A stretch of DNA of 64,000 bases. Source: Bacteroidales bacterium. Its GTDB lineage: Bacteria > Bacteroidota > Bacteroidia > Bacteroidales > PUMT01. The notes beneath the pieces are model-generated. The model had not been told where the DNA came from. It saw nothing but the letters and a program-made list of their open reading frames with translations, and ran no database searches. Position numbers and translations under genes: made by a program. The DNA lies in NCBI GenBank assembly GCA_007125955.1, contig SLCF01000008.1, positions 1,913-65,912 of the forward strand, given 5' to 3'. Every line of letters starts with the position of its first letter. Position 1 is the first letter of the stretch. Of this stretch, positions 26,004 through 37,041 are shown piece after piece.

Positions 26004-26966
26004 TTATATTTCTCCTTTTTTGTGCTTTTCACCGATCACCTTAAGCATATCCCTTGTCATGGCATCCAGGTCATAATCCGGTTTCCAGCCCCATTCCTCT
26101 CTTGCAGCAGTGTCATCCACCGAATTTGGCCATGAATCGGCAATCTCCTGACGATAATCCGGCTCGTATGATATCTCAAATTCAGGTATGTACTTTTTGA
26201 TAGACCCGGCAAGTTCGGCTACACTAAAGCTCATTGCACCAACATTGAAGTCGCTGTGATGCCTGAGTTTTGAAAAATCTGCCTGCATCAGGTCAATTGT
26301 AGCCTTCAGGCAATCGGGCATATACATCATCGGCAACCGGGTCTCGGCATTTACAAAGCAGGTATATTTCTTGTTTTTGACGGCTTCGTAATATATGGCA
26401 ACAGCATAGTCGGTTGTACCACCTCCCGGAAGGGTTTCATTGCTGATTATCCCCGGATAACGTAATCCTCTAACATCCAGTCCGTAGCGCTTAACATAAT
26501 AATCACCCAGAAGTTCTCCGGCAACTTTTGTTACACCGTATATTGTTGTCGGTTTAAGAACTGTTTCCTGCGGCGTATTATCAATTGGGGTGGACGGGCC
26601 GAAAACGGCTATTGAACTGGGGACAAGCACCTGCTTCATTTTGAATTCACGGGCAACCTCCAGTACATTTATAAGTCCGTTCATATTAACATCCCATGCC
26701 AGCATGGGGTTTTTTTCTCCTGTGGCTGAAAGGATTGCTGCCATATTGATTATGACATCAACATTGTTTTTTTTAACTACGGAAACGAAGTTTTCCCTGT
26801 CAAGTGCATCCACAACTTCTACCGGACCTGTTCCGGCAAGCTTTTCTGAAGGTTTTGTCTTCCTTATTCCGGCAATCACATTATCGCCGCCGTAGATTTC
26901 GCGCAAAGCAAGTGTCAGTTCCGAACCTATCTGACCTGCGGAGCCTATTACCAGTATTTTCTTCAT
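26004..26966 (-). CDS. tdh: L-threonine 3-dehydrogenase, extended-SDR (GalE-like) type
   Basis: 320 aa. KILVIGSAGQIGSEL NAD motif and epimerase-like fold. It is divergently paired with kbl, the canonical partner. Confidence 0.7.
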   Translation of the reverse strand: MKKILVIGSAGQIGSELTLALREIYGGDNVIAGIRKTKPSEKLAGTGPVEVVDALDRENFVSVVKKNNVDVIINMAAILSATGEKNPMLAWDVNMNGLINVLEVAREFKMKQVLVPSSIAVFGPSTPIDNTPQETVLKPTTIYGVTKVAGELLGDYYVKRYGLDVRGLRYPGIISNETLPGGGTTDYAVAIYYEAVKNKKYTCFVNAETRLPMMYMPDCLKATIDLMQADFSKLRHHSDFNVGAMSFSVAELAGSIKKYIPEFEISYEPDYRQEIADSWPNSVDDTAAREEWGWKPDYDLDAMTRDMLKVIGEKHKKGEI

Positions 26967-27342
26967 GTTTAATAACAGTTTTTTAGATTTATATTCAGAT
27001 TTGTTTATCCCTTTTTAAGTCCTGTTTCTGGAACAATTACCCTGTACCGGGTTATGAAACAATCCAAAAGTAAATAAAAAAATCGGGCGAAATCATGAGA
27101 AAAATCGTGATTTCTTATTCCGGTAATTGAAAATTTGTTTTTTATGTAAAATAAAAATGGATTACAGGAACAAAACTGTTTTCATATTTGGGATAATGTA
27201 TTAAGTGGCAAAAATATTATCTTTGACAGGCCAGTTTGGTTAAGACAATCAAAAAATAAACAGAACAGCTGAATTTGCTTTCACTTGATTGAAAAAGCTT
27301 GATAAATAAACAATAATATTAACCCAAAAATTAAAAACCCAT

Positions 27343-28533
27343 ATGTACGAAAAAATTCAAAAGCACCTGCGCAAGGAGATGGAAAGCATCAGGGAGGCAG
27401 GATTGTTCAAAGAAGAACGCATTATCACCTCTCCTCAGAGTGGCGAAATTGAACTTAATACCGGTGAAAAAGTATTAAACTTTTGCGCTAACAATTATCT
27501 TGGACTTTCGAACCATCCAAAGCTTATCGAAGCTGCAAAAGAGGGACTTGACAGTCATGGTTTCGGAATGTCATCGGTTCGTTTTATATGCGGCACGCAA
27601 GACCTTCATAAAAAGCTTGAAAAGAAGATCGCCGAATTTTTCGGTACCGAAGATACAATACTATATGCAGCCTGCTTTGATGCAAACGGGGGTGTATTTG
27701 AACCCATGCTCACAAGTGAAGATGCAATAATATCCGATTCTCTTAACCACGCTTCGATAATTGACGGTGTAAGACTCTGTAAAGCACATCGATACAGATA
27801 CAACAACGCCGACATGGCCGATCTTGAGGAGAAGCTCAAAATGGCACAGGAGCAGCGTTTCAGGGTAATTGTAACAGATGCCGTCTTTTCAATGGACGGT
27901 AACGTAGCCCCGATGGATAAAATAATTGAGCTTGCTGATAAATATGATGCGCTTGTAATGATTGATGAGTGCCATTCGGCTGGTGTAGTTGGGAAAACCG
28001 GACGCGGTGTAACCGAACTGTTTGACATACGCGGCAAAGTTGAGATAATAACCGGCACACTCGGAAAAGCTTTCGGAGGTGCAATCGGGGGATTTACAAC
28101 CGGCAAGAAGGAGATTATTGAGCTTCTTCGCCAGCGTTCCCGTCCATATCTTTTTTCCAACTCACTGCCCCCTTCAGTAGTGAATGCAGGGATCAAAATG
28201 TTCGATATGATGGCGGAAACCCATGAACTTCAGGATAAGCTCCACAGTAACACTTCCTACTTTATGGATAAGATGAAGAATGCCGGATTCGATATAAAAC
28301 CAACCGAATCTGCAATTATTGCAGTTATGCTTTATGATGCAAAGCTTTCGCAGGATTTTGCAGAGAAAATGCTTGAGGAAGGGATTTATGTTATCGGGTT
28401 TTACTATCCGGTGGTTCCTAAGGGGCAGGCCCGCATCAGAGTCCAGGTTTCTGCTGCACACGAAAAGGAGCATCTTGACAAATGTGTGGAAGCTTTCATA
28501 AAGGTAGGGAAAAAGCTGAATGTGATTAAATAA
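27343..28533 (+). CDS. kbl: 2-amino-3-ketobutyrate CoA ligase (glycine C-acetyltransferase)
   Basis: 396 aa alpha-oxoamine synthase fold with NNYLGL, DAVFSMDG, DECHSAG and the PLP-lysine context GTLGKAFGG. Confidence 0.85.
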   Translation: MYEKIQKHLRKEMESIREAGLFKEERIITSPQSGEIELNTGEKVLNFCANNYLGLSNHPKLIEAAKEGLDSHGFGMSSVRFICGTQDLHKKLEKKIAEFFGTEDTILYAACFDANGGVFEPMLTSEDAIISDSLNHASIIDGVRLCKAHRYRYNNADMADLEEKLKMAQEQRFRVIVTDAVFSMDGNVAPMDKIIELADKYDALVMIDECHSAGVVGKTGRGVTELFDIRGKVEIITGTLGKAFGGAIGGFTTGKKEIIELLRQRSRPYLFSNSLPPSVVNAGIKMFDMMAETHELQDKLHSNTSYFMDKMKNAGFDIKPTESAIIAVMLYDAKLSQDFAEKMLEEGIYVIGFYYPVVPKGQARIRVQVSAAHEKEHLDKCVEAFIKVGKKLNVIK

Positions 28534-28581
28534 GCTTTATCAATACCAGAATGAACCGGCAAACTGGTTGCACCAAAACAG

Positions 28582-28616
28582 AAAGGAGGCTCTTATCAAA
28601 CGGGCCTCCTTTTTTA
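28582..28616 (+). terminator. Rho-independent terminator after kbl (convergent with nrdJ)
   Basis: AAAGGAGGC-13 nt loop-GCCTCCTTT followed by TTT. Confidence 0.6.
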
Positions 28617-28632
28617 TAACTGTGTTTGTTTT

Positions 28633-31218
28633 CTAACCGCATTTCGAGTTGCCACAGCTCTTGCAGTTCAGACAGCCCTCCTGGTATACAAGCGATTCTG
28701 AACCGCACTCTTCACAGGCAGTTCCCTTTTTTGGTTTTGTGCCATCCGGAATATACTGTTTAAGAGTTCTTTCCACACCTTTCTTCCACGTGTTAATGGT
28801 TTCACTGTCAAGCCGCAACGAAGAAACAAGATTTACAACATCAGGTATAGGCATACCGTACCTCATAACACCTGATATCAGTTTCGCATAGTTCCAGAAC
28901 TGTGCATCGAAGAGCCTTGAAAGGCCTTCAAATGTGTTCCTGTAACCGTGTTTGTCGATATACTGGAAATCATAGCGCTTGGAGTCATCTTCCTGAACAT
29001 TCTTTATGATGAATCCTTTTTTGATGGTTTTTGGAACCGGCAGGACGTCGTCATCCTCTCTTCCTGTAAAAATCTCATAAGGCCTTCCGTCAAGCTTGCC
29101 AACAAAAGCAATCCATTTTTCATCATTGTTCATGAACCTTACCACATCAGCCTCCAGGATTTTGGGTCGCTTTTTGGGTGTAAGGGACATCGGCTCCTTT
29201 TTGTTGGAAAGCAGCACACCTGAACGCGATCCGTCACGGTAGACTGTTGCTCCCTTGCATCCGCTTTTCCATGCAGTAATATACAATTCGCCCACAACAT
29301 CTTCCTTTACAGTTGAGGGAAGGTTGACTGTAACACTGATTGAATGGTCAACCCATTTCTGTATCCTGCCCTGCATCTCCACCTTTTGTATCCAGTCAAC
29401 ATCATTTGATGTTGCCTTGTAGTAAGGTGACTTACGTACGATTTCCCGGACAGCTTCGTCATCATAACCCTTTACCTCATCGAGGCTATAACCGTTCACT
29501 TCAAGCCATGTTACAAACTTGTGGTGAAAAACGTTATACTCTTCCCATGAATCACCAACTTCGTCTGTGAAGGCGATATTGGCACTTTTGTCACTCGGAT
29601 TCACTTTTCTGCGCCTTTTGTAAACCGGGAGAAAAACAGGCTCAATACCTGAAGTGGTTTGTGTCATAAGACTTGTTGTACCGGTCGGTGCAATTGTGAG
29701 CAACGCAATATTCCTTCGACCGTAACGCATCATATCCTTGTACAGCTTTTCATCTTCATTTTTTAATCTCAAAATAAAAGGATTGTTACTTTCCCGTGTA
29801 GCATCAAATATGGAAAAAGGGCCCCGTTCCTTTGCCATACTCACAGATGAACGGTAAGCTTCAAGCGCAACGATCTTGTGTATCTCCGCTGAAAAATCAA
29901 TAGCATTTTCAGTTCCGTATATAAGGTTAAGGGCGGCAAGCATATCCCCTTCCCCGGTTATGCCGACTCCTGTACGTCTCGCTTTTTCTGTCTTGCTGCG
30001 AATCTTTTCCCACAGCCGCCGTTCAACGCGCTTAATATCTTCATCTTCCGGGTCTGAAATCACCTTGTTGAGAATAGCATCTATCTTTTCAAGTTCAAGG
30101 TCAATAATATCATCCATGATCCTTTGAGCATAACCAACATGCTCCCTGAACAGGTCGAAATTGAACTTTGCATCCCCGGTAAACGGATTGTCCACATAGC
30201 TGTAAAGATTTACTGCCAGCAGCCTGCAACTGTCGTACGGACAAAGCGGTATTTCCCCGCAGGGATTTGTAGATACGGTTTTGTATCCAAGATCTTCATA
30301 GCAATCGGGCAAAGACTCCCTTGTTATCGTATCCCAAAAGAGTATTCCCGGCTCTGCAGATTTCCATGCATTGTGAACAATCTTCTTCCAGAGCTTGCGT
30401 GCATCAACCTCCTTTTTTACCCTGGGATTATCCGAATCAACCGGGAACTGCTGGACATAGGGCCTGTTTTCCTCTACAGCCCTCATGAACTCGTCATCTA
30501 TTTTAACAGATACATTTGCTCCTGTGATCTTGCCTGATTCCATTTTTGCATCTATAAAATGCTCTGCATCGGGATGTTTTATTGATATGGTAAGCATAAG
30601 AGCACCTCTCCGGCCGTCCTGTGCAACCTCACGGGTTGAATTGGAATACCGTTCCATAAAAGGGACCACACCGGTTGATGTAAGAGCACTGTTAAGCACC
30701 TTGCTGCCTCCCGGCCTGATATGCGACAGGTCATGCCCTACACCTCCACGCCTCTTCATTAATTGAACCTGCTCTTCATCAATTTTCATTACTCCCCCAT
30801 AGGAGTCGGCCGGTTTTTCACTTCCTATAACAAAGCAGTTTGAGAGAGACGCTATCTGGAAATCATTCCCGATTCCTGTCATCGGTCCGCCCTGTGGTAT
30901 AATATACTTAAAGTCTTTCAAAAGTTGATATATATCCTCCTCATCCAAAGGATTGGGATATTTCTTCTCAATACGGGCAATTTCGCCAGCAAGACGGCGG
31001 TGCATATCATCAGGGGAAAGTTCGTAAATATTTCCCGATGAATCTTTGAGAGAGTACTTCGAAACCCATACCCTTGCTGCAAGCTCATCTCCTTTAAAAT
31101 ACTCAAGGGATTTCCTGAAAGCCTCATCATATGTATACCCGCCTGGTTCCGGCTTTGGGCTTTTAACTTCCTTTATATCCTGTCTCTTTTTTTGTACTGC
31201 CATCTCGCCTGTATGCAT
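28633..31218 (-). CDS. nrdJ: Adenosylcobalamin-dependent (class II) ribonucleotide reductase
   Basis: 861 aa. Active-site block STNPCGEIPL and C-terminal Zn-ribbon-like tail CEECGSESLVYQEGCLNCKSCGNSKCG. Confidence 0.9.
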   Translation of the reverse strand: MHTGEMAVQKKRQDIKEVKSPKPEPGGYTYDEAFRKSLEYFKGDELAARVWVSKYSLKDSSGNIYELSPDDMHRRLAGEIARIEKKYPNPLDEEDIYQLLKDFKYIIPQGGPMTGIGNDFQIASLSNCFVIGSEKPADSYGGVMKIDEEQVQLMKRRGGVGHDLSHIRPGGSKVLNSALTSTGVVPFMERYSNSTREVAQDGRRGALMLTISIKHPDAEHFIDAKMESGKITGANVSVKIDDEFMRAVEENRPYVQQFPVDSDNPRVKKEVDARKLWKKIVHNAWKSAEPGILFWDTITRESLPDCYEDLGYKTVSTNPCGEIPLCPYDSCRLLAVNLYSYVDNPFTGDAKFNFDLFREHVGYAQRIMDDIIDLELEKIDAILNKVISDPEDEDIKRVERRLWEKIRSKTEKARRTGVGITGEGDMLAALNLIYGTENAIDFSAEIHKIVALEAYRSSVSMAKERGPFSIFDATRESNNPFILRLKNEDEKLYKDMMRYGRRNIALLTIAPTGTTSLMTQTTSGIEPVFLPVYKRRRKVNPSDKSANIAFTDEVGDSWEEYNVFHHKFVTWLEVNGYSLDEVKGYDDEAVREIVRKSPYYKATSNDVDWIQKVEMQGRIQKWVDHSISVTVNLPSTVKEDVVGELYITAWKSGCKGATVYRDGSRSGVLLSNKKEPMSLTPKKRPKILEADVVRFMNNDEKWIAFVGKLDGRPYEIFTGREDDDVLPVPKTIKKGFIIKNVQEDDSKRYDFQYIDKHGYRNTFEGLSRLFDAQFWNYAKLISGVMRYGMPIPDVVNLVSSLRLDSETINTWKKGVERTLKQYIPDGTKPKKGTACEECGSESLVYQEGCLNCKSCGNSKCG

Positions 31219-31377
31219 TACCTGAAATTTTTTAAACGTGGAATAGATGCGAAAATTATTGAAATTCTATTATCGGGTATGTTCAGTTACCAAAATTATA
31301 TAATGAATTAGATTAACTCATTATTTAGTACAATGATTTATTAACGGGTTATTAACTACCTGGGAAATTCCTTTCAG

Positions 31378-32610
31378 TCAGTACAATTCAGGCAATATCC
31401 TCCGGAGGATCTTGTCGGATGCACCTTCTCCTGATTTCACATACTCTCTTGCCACAAAAGAGGCTTTTTTTAGCAACAACGGATCACTGAAAAACCGGTC
31501 TGTTAACCTGGAAAGTTCTTCTGCACCGCTTACAGGAAAGGCACCTCCCAGCTTTACAAGTTCAACCGCTTCAGCAAACCTGGTGTAGTTGGGGCCGAAA
31601 ATAACCGGCATTCCGTATACTGCCGCTTCAAGTATGTTATGAATCCCTTTGCCGAAACCACCGCCAATGTATGCAACACTGCCATACCTGTAAAGTGATG
31701 AAAGCATTCCAATATTATCTATTACAAGAACCGTTTTATCTCCTGCTTCAGTAACTTCTGAATACTTAACTGCCGGTTTTTTTATAAGCCCCATCAGTCT
31801 TTTAAGATTTTCCTGATGCACCTCGTGGGGTGCTATAATAAACTTTCTGTTACCGGTTGCACCGTTGATATACGCTGCAAGTAACTCTTCATCAGCTTGC
31901 CAGGTGCTGCCTGCAACCATCACCGGTTTGTCGCATGAGAACTCCTCGGCAACAGGGATTTTTTCGCTTTCTGAAGCAACGGAGCAAACCCGGTCAAACC
32001 TCGTATCACCGGCCACTGAGACATTCGTGATGCCTTTCTCTTTAAGCAACTTTTCTGAAACCGAATTCTGGACAAAAATATGTGTAAACATCCGCAGCAT
32101 ATTGCAATACCATCCTCCCCATCTTCTGAAAAAAACCTGTGACGGCCTGAAAAGTGCAGAAACAAGATAAACAGGGATGTTCCTGTTATGAAGCTCCCGG
32201 ATGTAAAAATACCAGAACTCATATTTCACAAATATGGCCATAACAGGATTGAAATGAGAGACAAGCTGAGTTGCGGCTAACCTGGTGTCAAGTGGCAGGT
32301 AGTAAATGTAATCCGCTTTATGGTAGTTTTGACGGATTTCGTAACCTGACGGGGAGAAAAAGGTGAGAAGAATTGCATAACTTTCAGACCTGTTGCTTAT
32401 CTTTTCAATAAGAGGTCTTCCCTGTTCAAATTCTCCAAGTGAAGAGCAGTGAATCCACACAACTTTTCTTTTATCAACCTTTTCAGCCTCAATCCTCCCC
32501 GGCAGTCCCCTGCGTCCTTTTATCCATAGCCGGGCTTTGGAGCTGAAAGGATATGCAGCAGTTACTGCCAAACGGTAGAAAAAAATGAAAATCCTGTAAA
32601 GAAAAGTCAT
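31378..32610 (-). CDS. waaA: 3-deoxy-D-manno-octulosonic acid (Kdo) transferase
   Basis: VWIHCSSLGEFEQGRPLIE and C-terminal GGSF-like GT30 blocks. I prefer the ATG (MTFLYRIF) at 32610 over the TTG at 32646. Confidence 0.8.
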   Translation of the reverse strand: MTFLYRIFIFFYRLAVTAAYPFSSKARLWIKGRRGLPGRIEAEKVDKRKVVWIHCSSLGEFEQGRPLIEKISNRSESYAILLTFFSPSGYEIRQNYHKADYIYYLPLDTRLAATQLVSHFNPVMAIFVKYEFWYFYIRELHNRNIPVYLVSALFRPSQVFFRRWGGWYCNMLRMFTHIFVQNSVSEKLLKEKGITNVSVAGDTRFDRVCSVASESEKIPVAEEFSCDKPVMVAGSTWQADEELLAAYINGATGNRKFIIAPHEVHQENLKRLMGLIKKPAVKYSEVTEAGDKTVLVIDNIGMLSSLYRYGSVAYIGGGFGKGIHNILEAAVYGMPVIFGPNYTRFAEAVELVKLGGAFPVSGAEELSRLTDRFFSDPLLLKKASFVAREYVKSGEGASDKILRRILPELY

Positions 32611-32651
32611 TGTTGTCTGTTTTACATGGAGGCAAAGGTAAAACAATATTC

Positions 32652-33875
32652 TCAGAAGGCTGCCATCAGCAGGTCAATGTCACTTGAAGGGATGTCGAAC
32701 ATCTTGCTGATTGATGAGTTCGTCAGAAGTCCGTTATATACATATACACTTTTACGCAAGCCCATATTATCCAATATTAATTGCTTTATGCCACCGGACT
32801 CCCCTATTGCAAGCAATAAAGGCGCAAAAATATTGCTCAGTGCTATAGATGCTGTCCTTGCCACTCTTGAAGGAATATTGGGAACGCAATAATGTACAAC
32901 GCCATGCTTAATAAAAACAGGTGACTTATGGGTGCGTCTTTCAGAAGTTTCTATGCAACCGCCCTGGTCTAAAGCAAGATCTACTATAACCGACCCGCTT
33001 TTCATCTCCCTGACCATATTTTCAGTTACGAAATAAACAGATCTTTCATTGTTGATATCGATCGCCCCGATAACCACGTCGGCTGACTTAAGGGCTTTTG
33101 ACATTACCCTTGGGTGAAAAACGGAGGTATAAAGCCTTTGACCGATCTTATCCTGCAGGCTTCTGAGCCGGTCAACCGAATGGTCGAAAACCTTCACAAA
33201 AGCACCCATTCCCAGTGCTGCCCTGGCAGCAAATTCGGATGCAGTCCCGGCTCCAAGTATTACTACTTCTGTTGGCGTAATACCTGTTATCCCTCCAAGA
33301 ATAATCCCCTTGCCGTCGTTTTGATTGGAAAGATATTCGGCTGCAATCAGTATTGAAGCACCTCCCGCAATCTCGCTCATTGACCGGACTACGGGGCATG
33401 AGTTATCATTGTTGCGAAAAAGCTCAAAAGATATACACGTAGCCCGTGCTTTCATGAGCGATCTGAAAAACTCCTCTTTTTGCTGCCTGGGAACCATGGA
33501 GGAGATAAGGAGCTGCCCTTTTTTCATTGTATCTGTTTCCCTTTCAGTGGGAGGGGTTACTTTAAGTACAATATCACTCCGCTTGAAAACCTCACTGTGC
33601 CCGTTTATAATCTGCCCGCCGCATTCGCTGTAATCAGTGTCAGAATAATTGGCACCTTTGCCGGCCTTATTTTCAACAAGAACTTCGTGACCATTATCAA
33701 CCAAAAGCTCAACCGCTTCCGGTGTAAGTCCAAGCCTGCTTTCTTCTCCGTTCATTTCCCTTGGAAGGCCGATCACAAACTTCTTGCTTTTTCGGCTTAC
33801 TTCCAGCATCTCTTCCCTTGGCAACAGACTGCCTTTTCCCAAAGACCATGAATGTGGAATATTCTGATGAGTCAT
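32652..33875 (-). CDS. Alanine dehydrogenase / PNT-family NAD-binding dehydrogenase
   Basis: 407 aa. RLGLTPEAVELLVDNGHEVLVENKAG and NAD loop VVILGAGTASEFAA. Substrate not assignable by eye. Confidence 0.6.
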   Translation of the reverse strand: MTHQNIPHSWSLGKGSLLPREEMLEVSRKSKKFVIGLPREMNGEESRLGLTPEAVELLVDNGHEVLVENKAGKGANYSDTDYSECGGQIINGHSEVFKRSDIVLKVTPPTERETDTMKKGQLLISSMVPRQQKEEFFRSLMKARATCISFELFRNNDNSCPVVRSMSEIAGGASILIAAEYLSNQNDGKGIILGGITGITPTEVVILGAGTASEFAARAALGMGAFVKVFDHSVDRLRSLQDKIGQRLYTSVFHPRVMSKALKSADVVIGAIDINNERSVYFVTENMVREMKSGSVIVDLALDQGGCIETSERRTHKSPVFIKHGVVHYCVPNIPSRVARTASIALSNIFAPLLLAIGESGGIKQLILDNMGLRKSVYVYNGLLTNSSISKMFDIPSSDIDLLMAAF

Positions 33876-33965
33876 TATTATTGTAATAGATTAAAAAAAT
33901 ACCTGCAAAGGACTGAAGGCAATTTAATGAAAAAAATCTATAAAGCAGTACTGTTGCAGGAAAAA

Positions 33966-34388
33966 CTACATCTTAACTGTCTTTAGCTCCCTTGAATCAT
34001 CTGAAATTACGGTTAAATACACCCTGACCGTTTCTGCGGGGAGCAATGATTCAATCTTTTCAGGCCATTCAATAAAACATTTTTGTCCGGAGTAGAAGTA
34101 ATCTTCATAGCCAAAATCAAACACCTCTTCAACATCCCTGATGCGAAAAAAATCAAAATGATAAATTGTCAGTTCTCCTTTCTCATCTGTATATTCGTTC
34201 ACGAGTGCGAAGCTGGGACTTGTAACATAGCCGGCAGCTCCCATCTTCCTGCACACTTCTCTTATAAAAGTTGTTTTGCCTGCACCCATCACTCCGTAAA
34301 AAGCAAAGATTTTTTGAGAGCCGGTTAACTTAATAAACTTCTCCGCTGCCTCACCAATGTTTTCGAGGCTAAACCTGAACTTAGCCAT
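33966..34388 (-). CDS. tsaE: tRNA threonylcarbamoyladenosine biosynthesis ATPase TsaE
   Basis: 140 aa. Has the P-loop YGVMGAGKTTF, VTSPSFALVNEY and YHFDFFR. It overlaps the upstream gene by 8 nt. Confidence 0.8.
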   Translation of the reverse strand: MAKFRFSLENIGEAAEKFIKLTGSQKIFAFYGVMGAGKTTFIREVCRKMGAAGYVTSPSFALVNEYTDEKGELTIYHFDFFRIRDVEEVFDFGYEDYFYSGQKCFIEWPEKIESLLPAETVRVYLTVISDDSRELKTVKM

Positions 34389-37041
34389 CGTACTCCTCCC
34401 TGAAAAAAAGCATATAGTTGCTTATGTTTTTTTCGTCAGTAAATATTGAGTAATTGGAGGGAGATATTATGAAAAACAGAGGATCCTCAATTAAACGGAC
34501 TTCCCGGAACACATCTTCATCAGATTCAAATTGACGGATATACTGCATAGCAACATCTCTGTCACTCAATCCCCTTACAACAACAATCTGTATTTTGGAG
34601 CTGAAATCCTCCCTGCTTACCTGAAGGTTGAGCCGGGGAAAATAGTCCACATTAAAATTTATTATATTAAATACCATCCTGTTTACAAGTTCTTCGTTGT
34701 TATCTATAAGCAGAACGAAATAATGCTCCCCCTGTTCCCCGCTGTTGAATTCTGCCGCAGTGACTATCAACCCGGCTTCTACAGCAATATCGGGGTAGTC
34801 CTTATCCATGAATGAAATCAGGTTAGCGGCATTGACAGCCATTTCAGTTCCGGGATATTTATCAATGAACTCTGCAAGAGTCTTCTTAAGATCGGGTATA
34901 TTTCCAAATGTTGCAGAAGCTGAAAGTATTTCAAGATATTCAAAAGACGGGATCAAATTACTGCCCGGAAATCTTGATACAGCATCTGCTGCCCTTTCAA
35001 TAACCTTTTCATACTCGTCCTGGTAGAAAAGTTGGCGGGTTTCCTCATAAAACAACTCTGCTTCTTCTTCGATTTTGGCTATTTCCTTTAAATAAGCCGG
35101 ATCTTCAACTATCCTGGCATAACGTGAATCAGGATATTCTGCAGATAAAAGCGATGCATAATGCTTTGCCCGGGATGTATTACCTTCAGCATTAAATATT
35201 TGATACAACTTGTAATATAGCGAAGGGATATTTTCATTTTCAGGATAACGCCCGACCAGCTCCTCAATTGTCAGAGCAGCATTTTGGGCATCACCCAGAT
35301 AGTCAGCATAGATACTGCTCATTCCTGTGAGCGCTTTTTTAATTTCCTGGTGTGACCTCTGCATGGCTTCTTCAGTAAGGGGAATATTCTGCAGATAAAA
35401 CTGGCGCATTCCTTCAGGGGCTGTTTCTTCCGGTTCCGGTGCAACGCCTTCCCCCGATGCATATTCAGGATCCTCTCTTTTATCAGTTATAACTTCATCA
35501 CTTTCCCTCCGCCAGTTGTCTTCAAGTCTTCTTGACCCCCAAATTGAACGGAATTCAGCTTTGCCAAAATCTACAGCTGACTGGTTGTAGAAATACCATT
35601 GCCCCTCCCCTCTTCTTTCAGCCTGAAGGCGAAGGGACTGCAGGTCTCTTCTGCTTAACCGGGATCCAGCTCCTTCAGCTTCCTGCACGGCCAGTTGAGA
35701 CTCCTGCCTTTCCTGCCGGCTGAGGGCAACGATCCGGTCTATTTCCAGTTTGCGTTCGTTTTCAGGCATTGCTGCAAGAAGCTGAAGGCTGTCTTCCAGC
35801 CTGTAAGTGTTTATATGCTCCACCAGATCCGTCAGAATATTTCTCTTATTCATTATATCAGCGTACTCCGGGTTATATCCTTCCATATATTGCACGGTGC
35901 TGTCATAATAAGCCTGTGCAATGATATATTCCTTTTTGTTTAAGTAAATATCGGCAAGGGTTCTATATGACCGTGCCTTACCTGAAGAACTGATGCCGGG
36001 GATTATAGCCGACAAGGTGTACATTTCCAAAGCTTTGTCACGGTCTCCTTCAAGATCGTAAATAATCCCGATTGAGTAATATATCTGATCAATATAATCG
36101 TTGTTCCTCGGATCATCCAACATCTTTTCAAGATCTTCCAACAGCTCCCGGTTTTCCATGCTGCCTGCAGGATAGGCACCTGCAAGTCCCATTTGTGCAT
36201 TCAAGGCCATTTCATAATCGGGATTCATTCTTGCAACCTCCCTGTAGTAGCGTGCTGCTTCATCAAGATTTCCGGTAATTTCATTTACCTGCGCCAGAAT
36301 GTAGGTGTATCTCCTGTGTTCTCTTCTGGATGTACTGCTTTTCAAAAGCTTTTCGAGAAAATGTGCTGCATTTTTGCTTTCTCCCTGTTTCAGGTAGAAG
36401 TCGGCTAATGTTTTATGCAGTTCTGCGGTCAGTCTGTCAGGAAAAGCGTCATCTTCCTCCATATCATTAAAAAGTAAGCGCGCCTCATTAAAACGTCCCT
36501 TTTCAGAAAAACTGCGGGCAAGCCAGACTTTTGCATCGTAATACAAAGGCTCATTCCCGTATTCAACAGTCATATACCTGAATGTATTAATTGCAGCTTC
36601 AAAATCGTGTTTATAAAAATGGGCCTTGCCTGTAAGAAGGTAACTCTCAATAACCCATCTGTTATACTCTCTTTTGTTATAAAACTCAGGATCTTTTTCA
36701 AAAATGCCGCCCCGTTCAGTTGGCCTCGCTGTAATGGATTTGTTTGAGATTATCTTGCCGGCCTTGCCGATTGCCCTGTCAAAATCAGCATTAGCCAGGG
36801 AGGCAAGTTCAGGATCTGTATATGTAAAAACAGGAAGTATTCTTGCATAGTCATATGCAAACCGGTTTTCAATCTTTCTTACACCTTCATTAAAACTTTG
36901 CTCTGCATTGTAAAAAATATTGTACCTGGATGTTATCTGATGGTAGGTTCTTGTAAGAAGAGTGTTTTCCTGGGTTGAACAGCCCATAAAAAGAGCTGTT
37001 ATAAAAAAAAAGAGGATAATATTTGAAAAGGTAAATCTCAC
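34381..37041 (-). CDS. Large TPR-repeat lipoprotein, PorW/SprE-like (type IX secretion/gliding associated)
   Basis: 886 aa with GTG start and lipobox LFMGCS. N-terminal NTLLTRTYHQITSRYNIFYNAEQSF resembles SprE/PorW N-termini as I recall them. Multiple TPR-like repeats. Confidence 0.5.
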   Translation of the reverse strand: MRFTFSNIILFFFITALFMGCSTQENTLLTRTYHQITSRYNIFYNAEQSFNEGVRKIENRFAYDYARILPVFTYTDPELASLANADFDRAIGKAGKIISNKSITARPTERGGIFEKDPEFYNKREYNRWVIESYLLTGKAHFYKHDFEAAINTFRYMTVEYGNEPLYYDAKVWLARSFSEKGRFNEARLLFNDMEEDDAFPDRLTAELHKTLADFYLKQGESKNAAHFLEKLLKSSTSRREHRRYTYILAQVNEITGNLDEAARYYREVARMNPDYEMALNAQMGLAGAYPAGSMENRELLEDLEKMLDDPRNNDYIDQIYYSIGIIYDLEGDRDKALEMYTLSAIIPGISSSGKARSYRTLADIYLNKKEYIIAQAYYDSTVQYMEGYNPEYADIMNKRNILTDLVEHINTYRLEDSLQLLAAMPENERKLEIDRIVALSRQERQESQLAVQEAEGAGSRLSRRDLQSLRLQAERRGEGQWYFYNQSAVDFGKAEFRSIWGSRRLEDNWRRESDEVITDKREDPEYASGEGVAPEPEETAPEGMRQFYLQNIPLTEEAMQRSHQEIKKALTGMSSIYADYLGDAQNAALTIEELVGRYPENENIPSLYYKLYQIFNAEGNTSRAKHYASLLSAEYPDSRYARIVEDPAYLKEIAKIEEEAELFYEETRQLFYQDEYEKVIERAADAVSRFPGSNLIPSFEYLEILSASATFGNIPDLKKTLAEFIDKYPGTEMAVNAANLISFMDKDYPDIAVEAGLIVTAAEFNSGEQGEHYFVLLIDNNEELVNRMVFNIINFNVDYFPRLNLQVSREDFSSKIQIVVVRGLSDRDVAMQYIRQFESDEDVFREVRLIEDPLFFIISPSNYSIFTDEKNISNYMLFFREEYDG

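Noticed and set aside
26967-27342. Glycine riboswitch or other element in the 376-nt tdh/kbl divergent intergenic region
   Set aside because: The region is AT-rich and contains only one small hairpin (GAAATCATGA..TCGTGATTTC). No GGAGAG...CACCG glycine-aptamer cores are present. It is most simply a pair of divergent promoters.
31219-31377. NrdR box or cobalamin riboswitch upstream of nrdJ
   Set aside because: Only a short AT palindrome (ATTATATAAT) is present, without the ACAC/GTGT flanks of NrdR boxes. No B12-box-like sequence is present.
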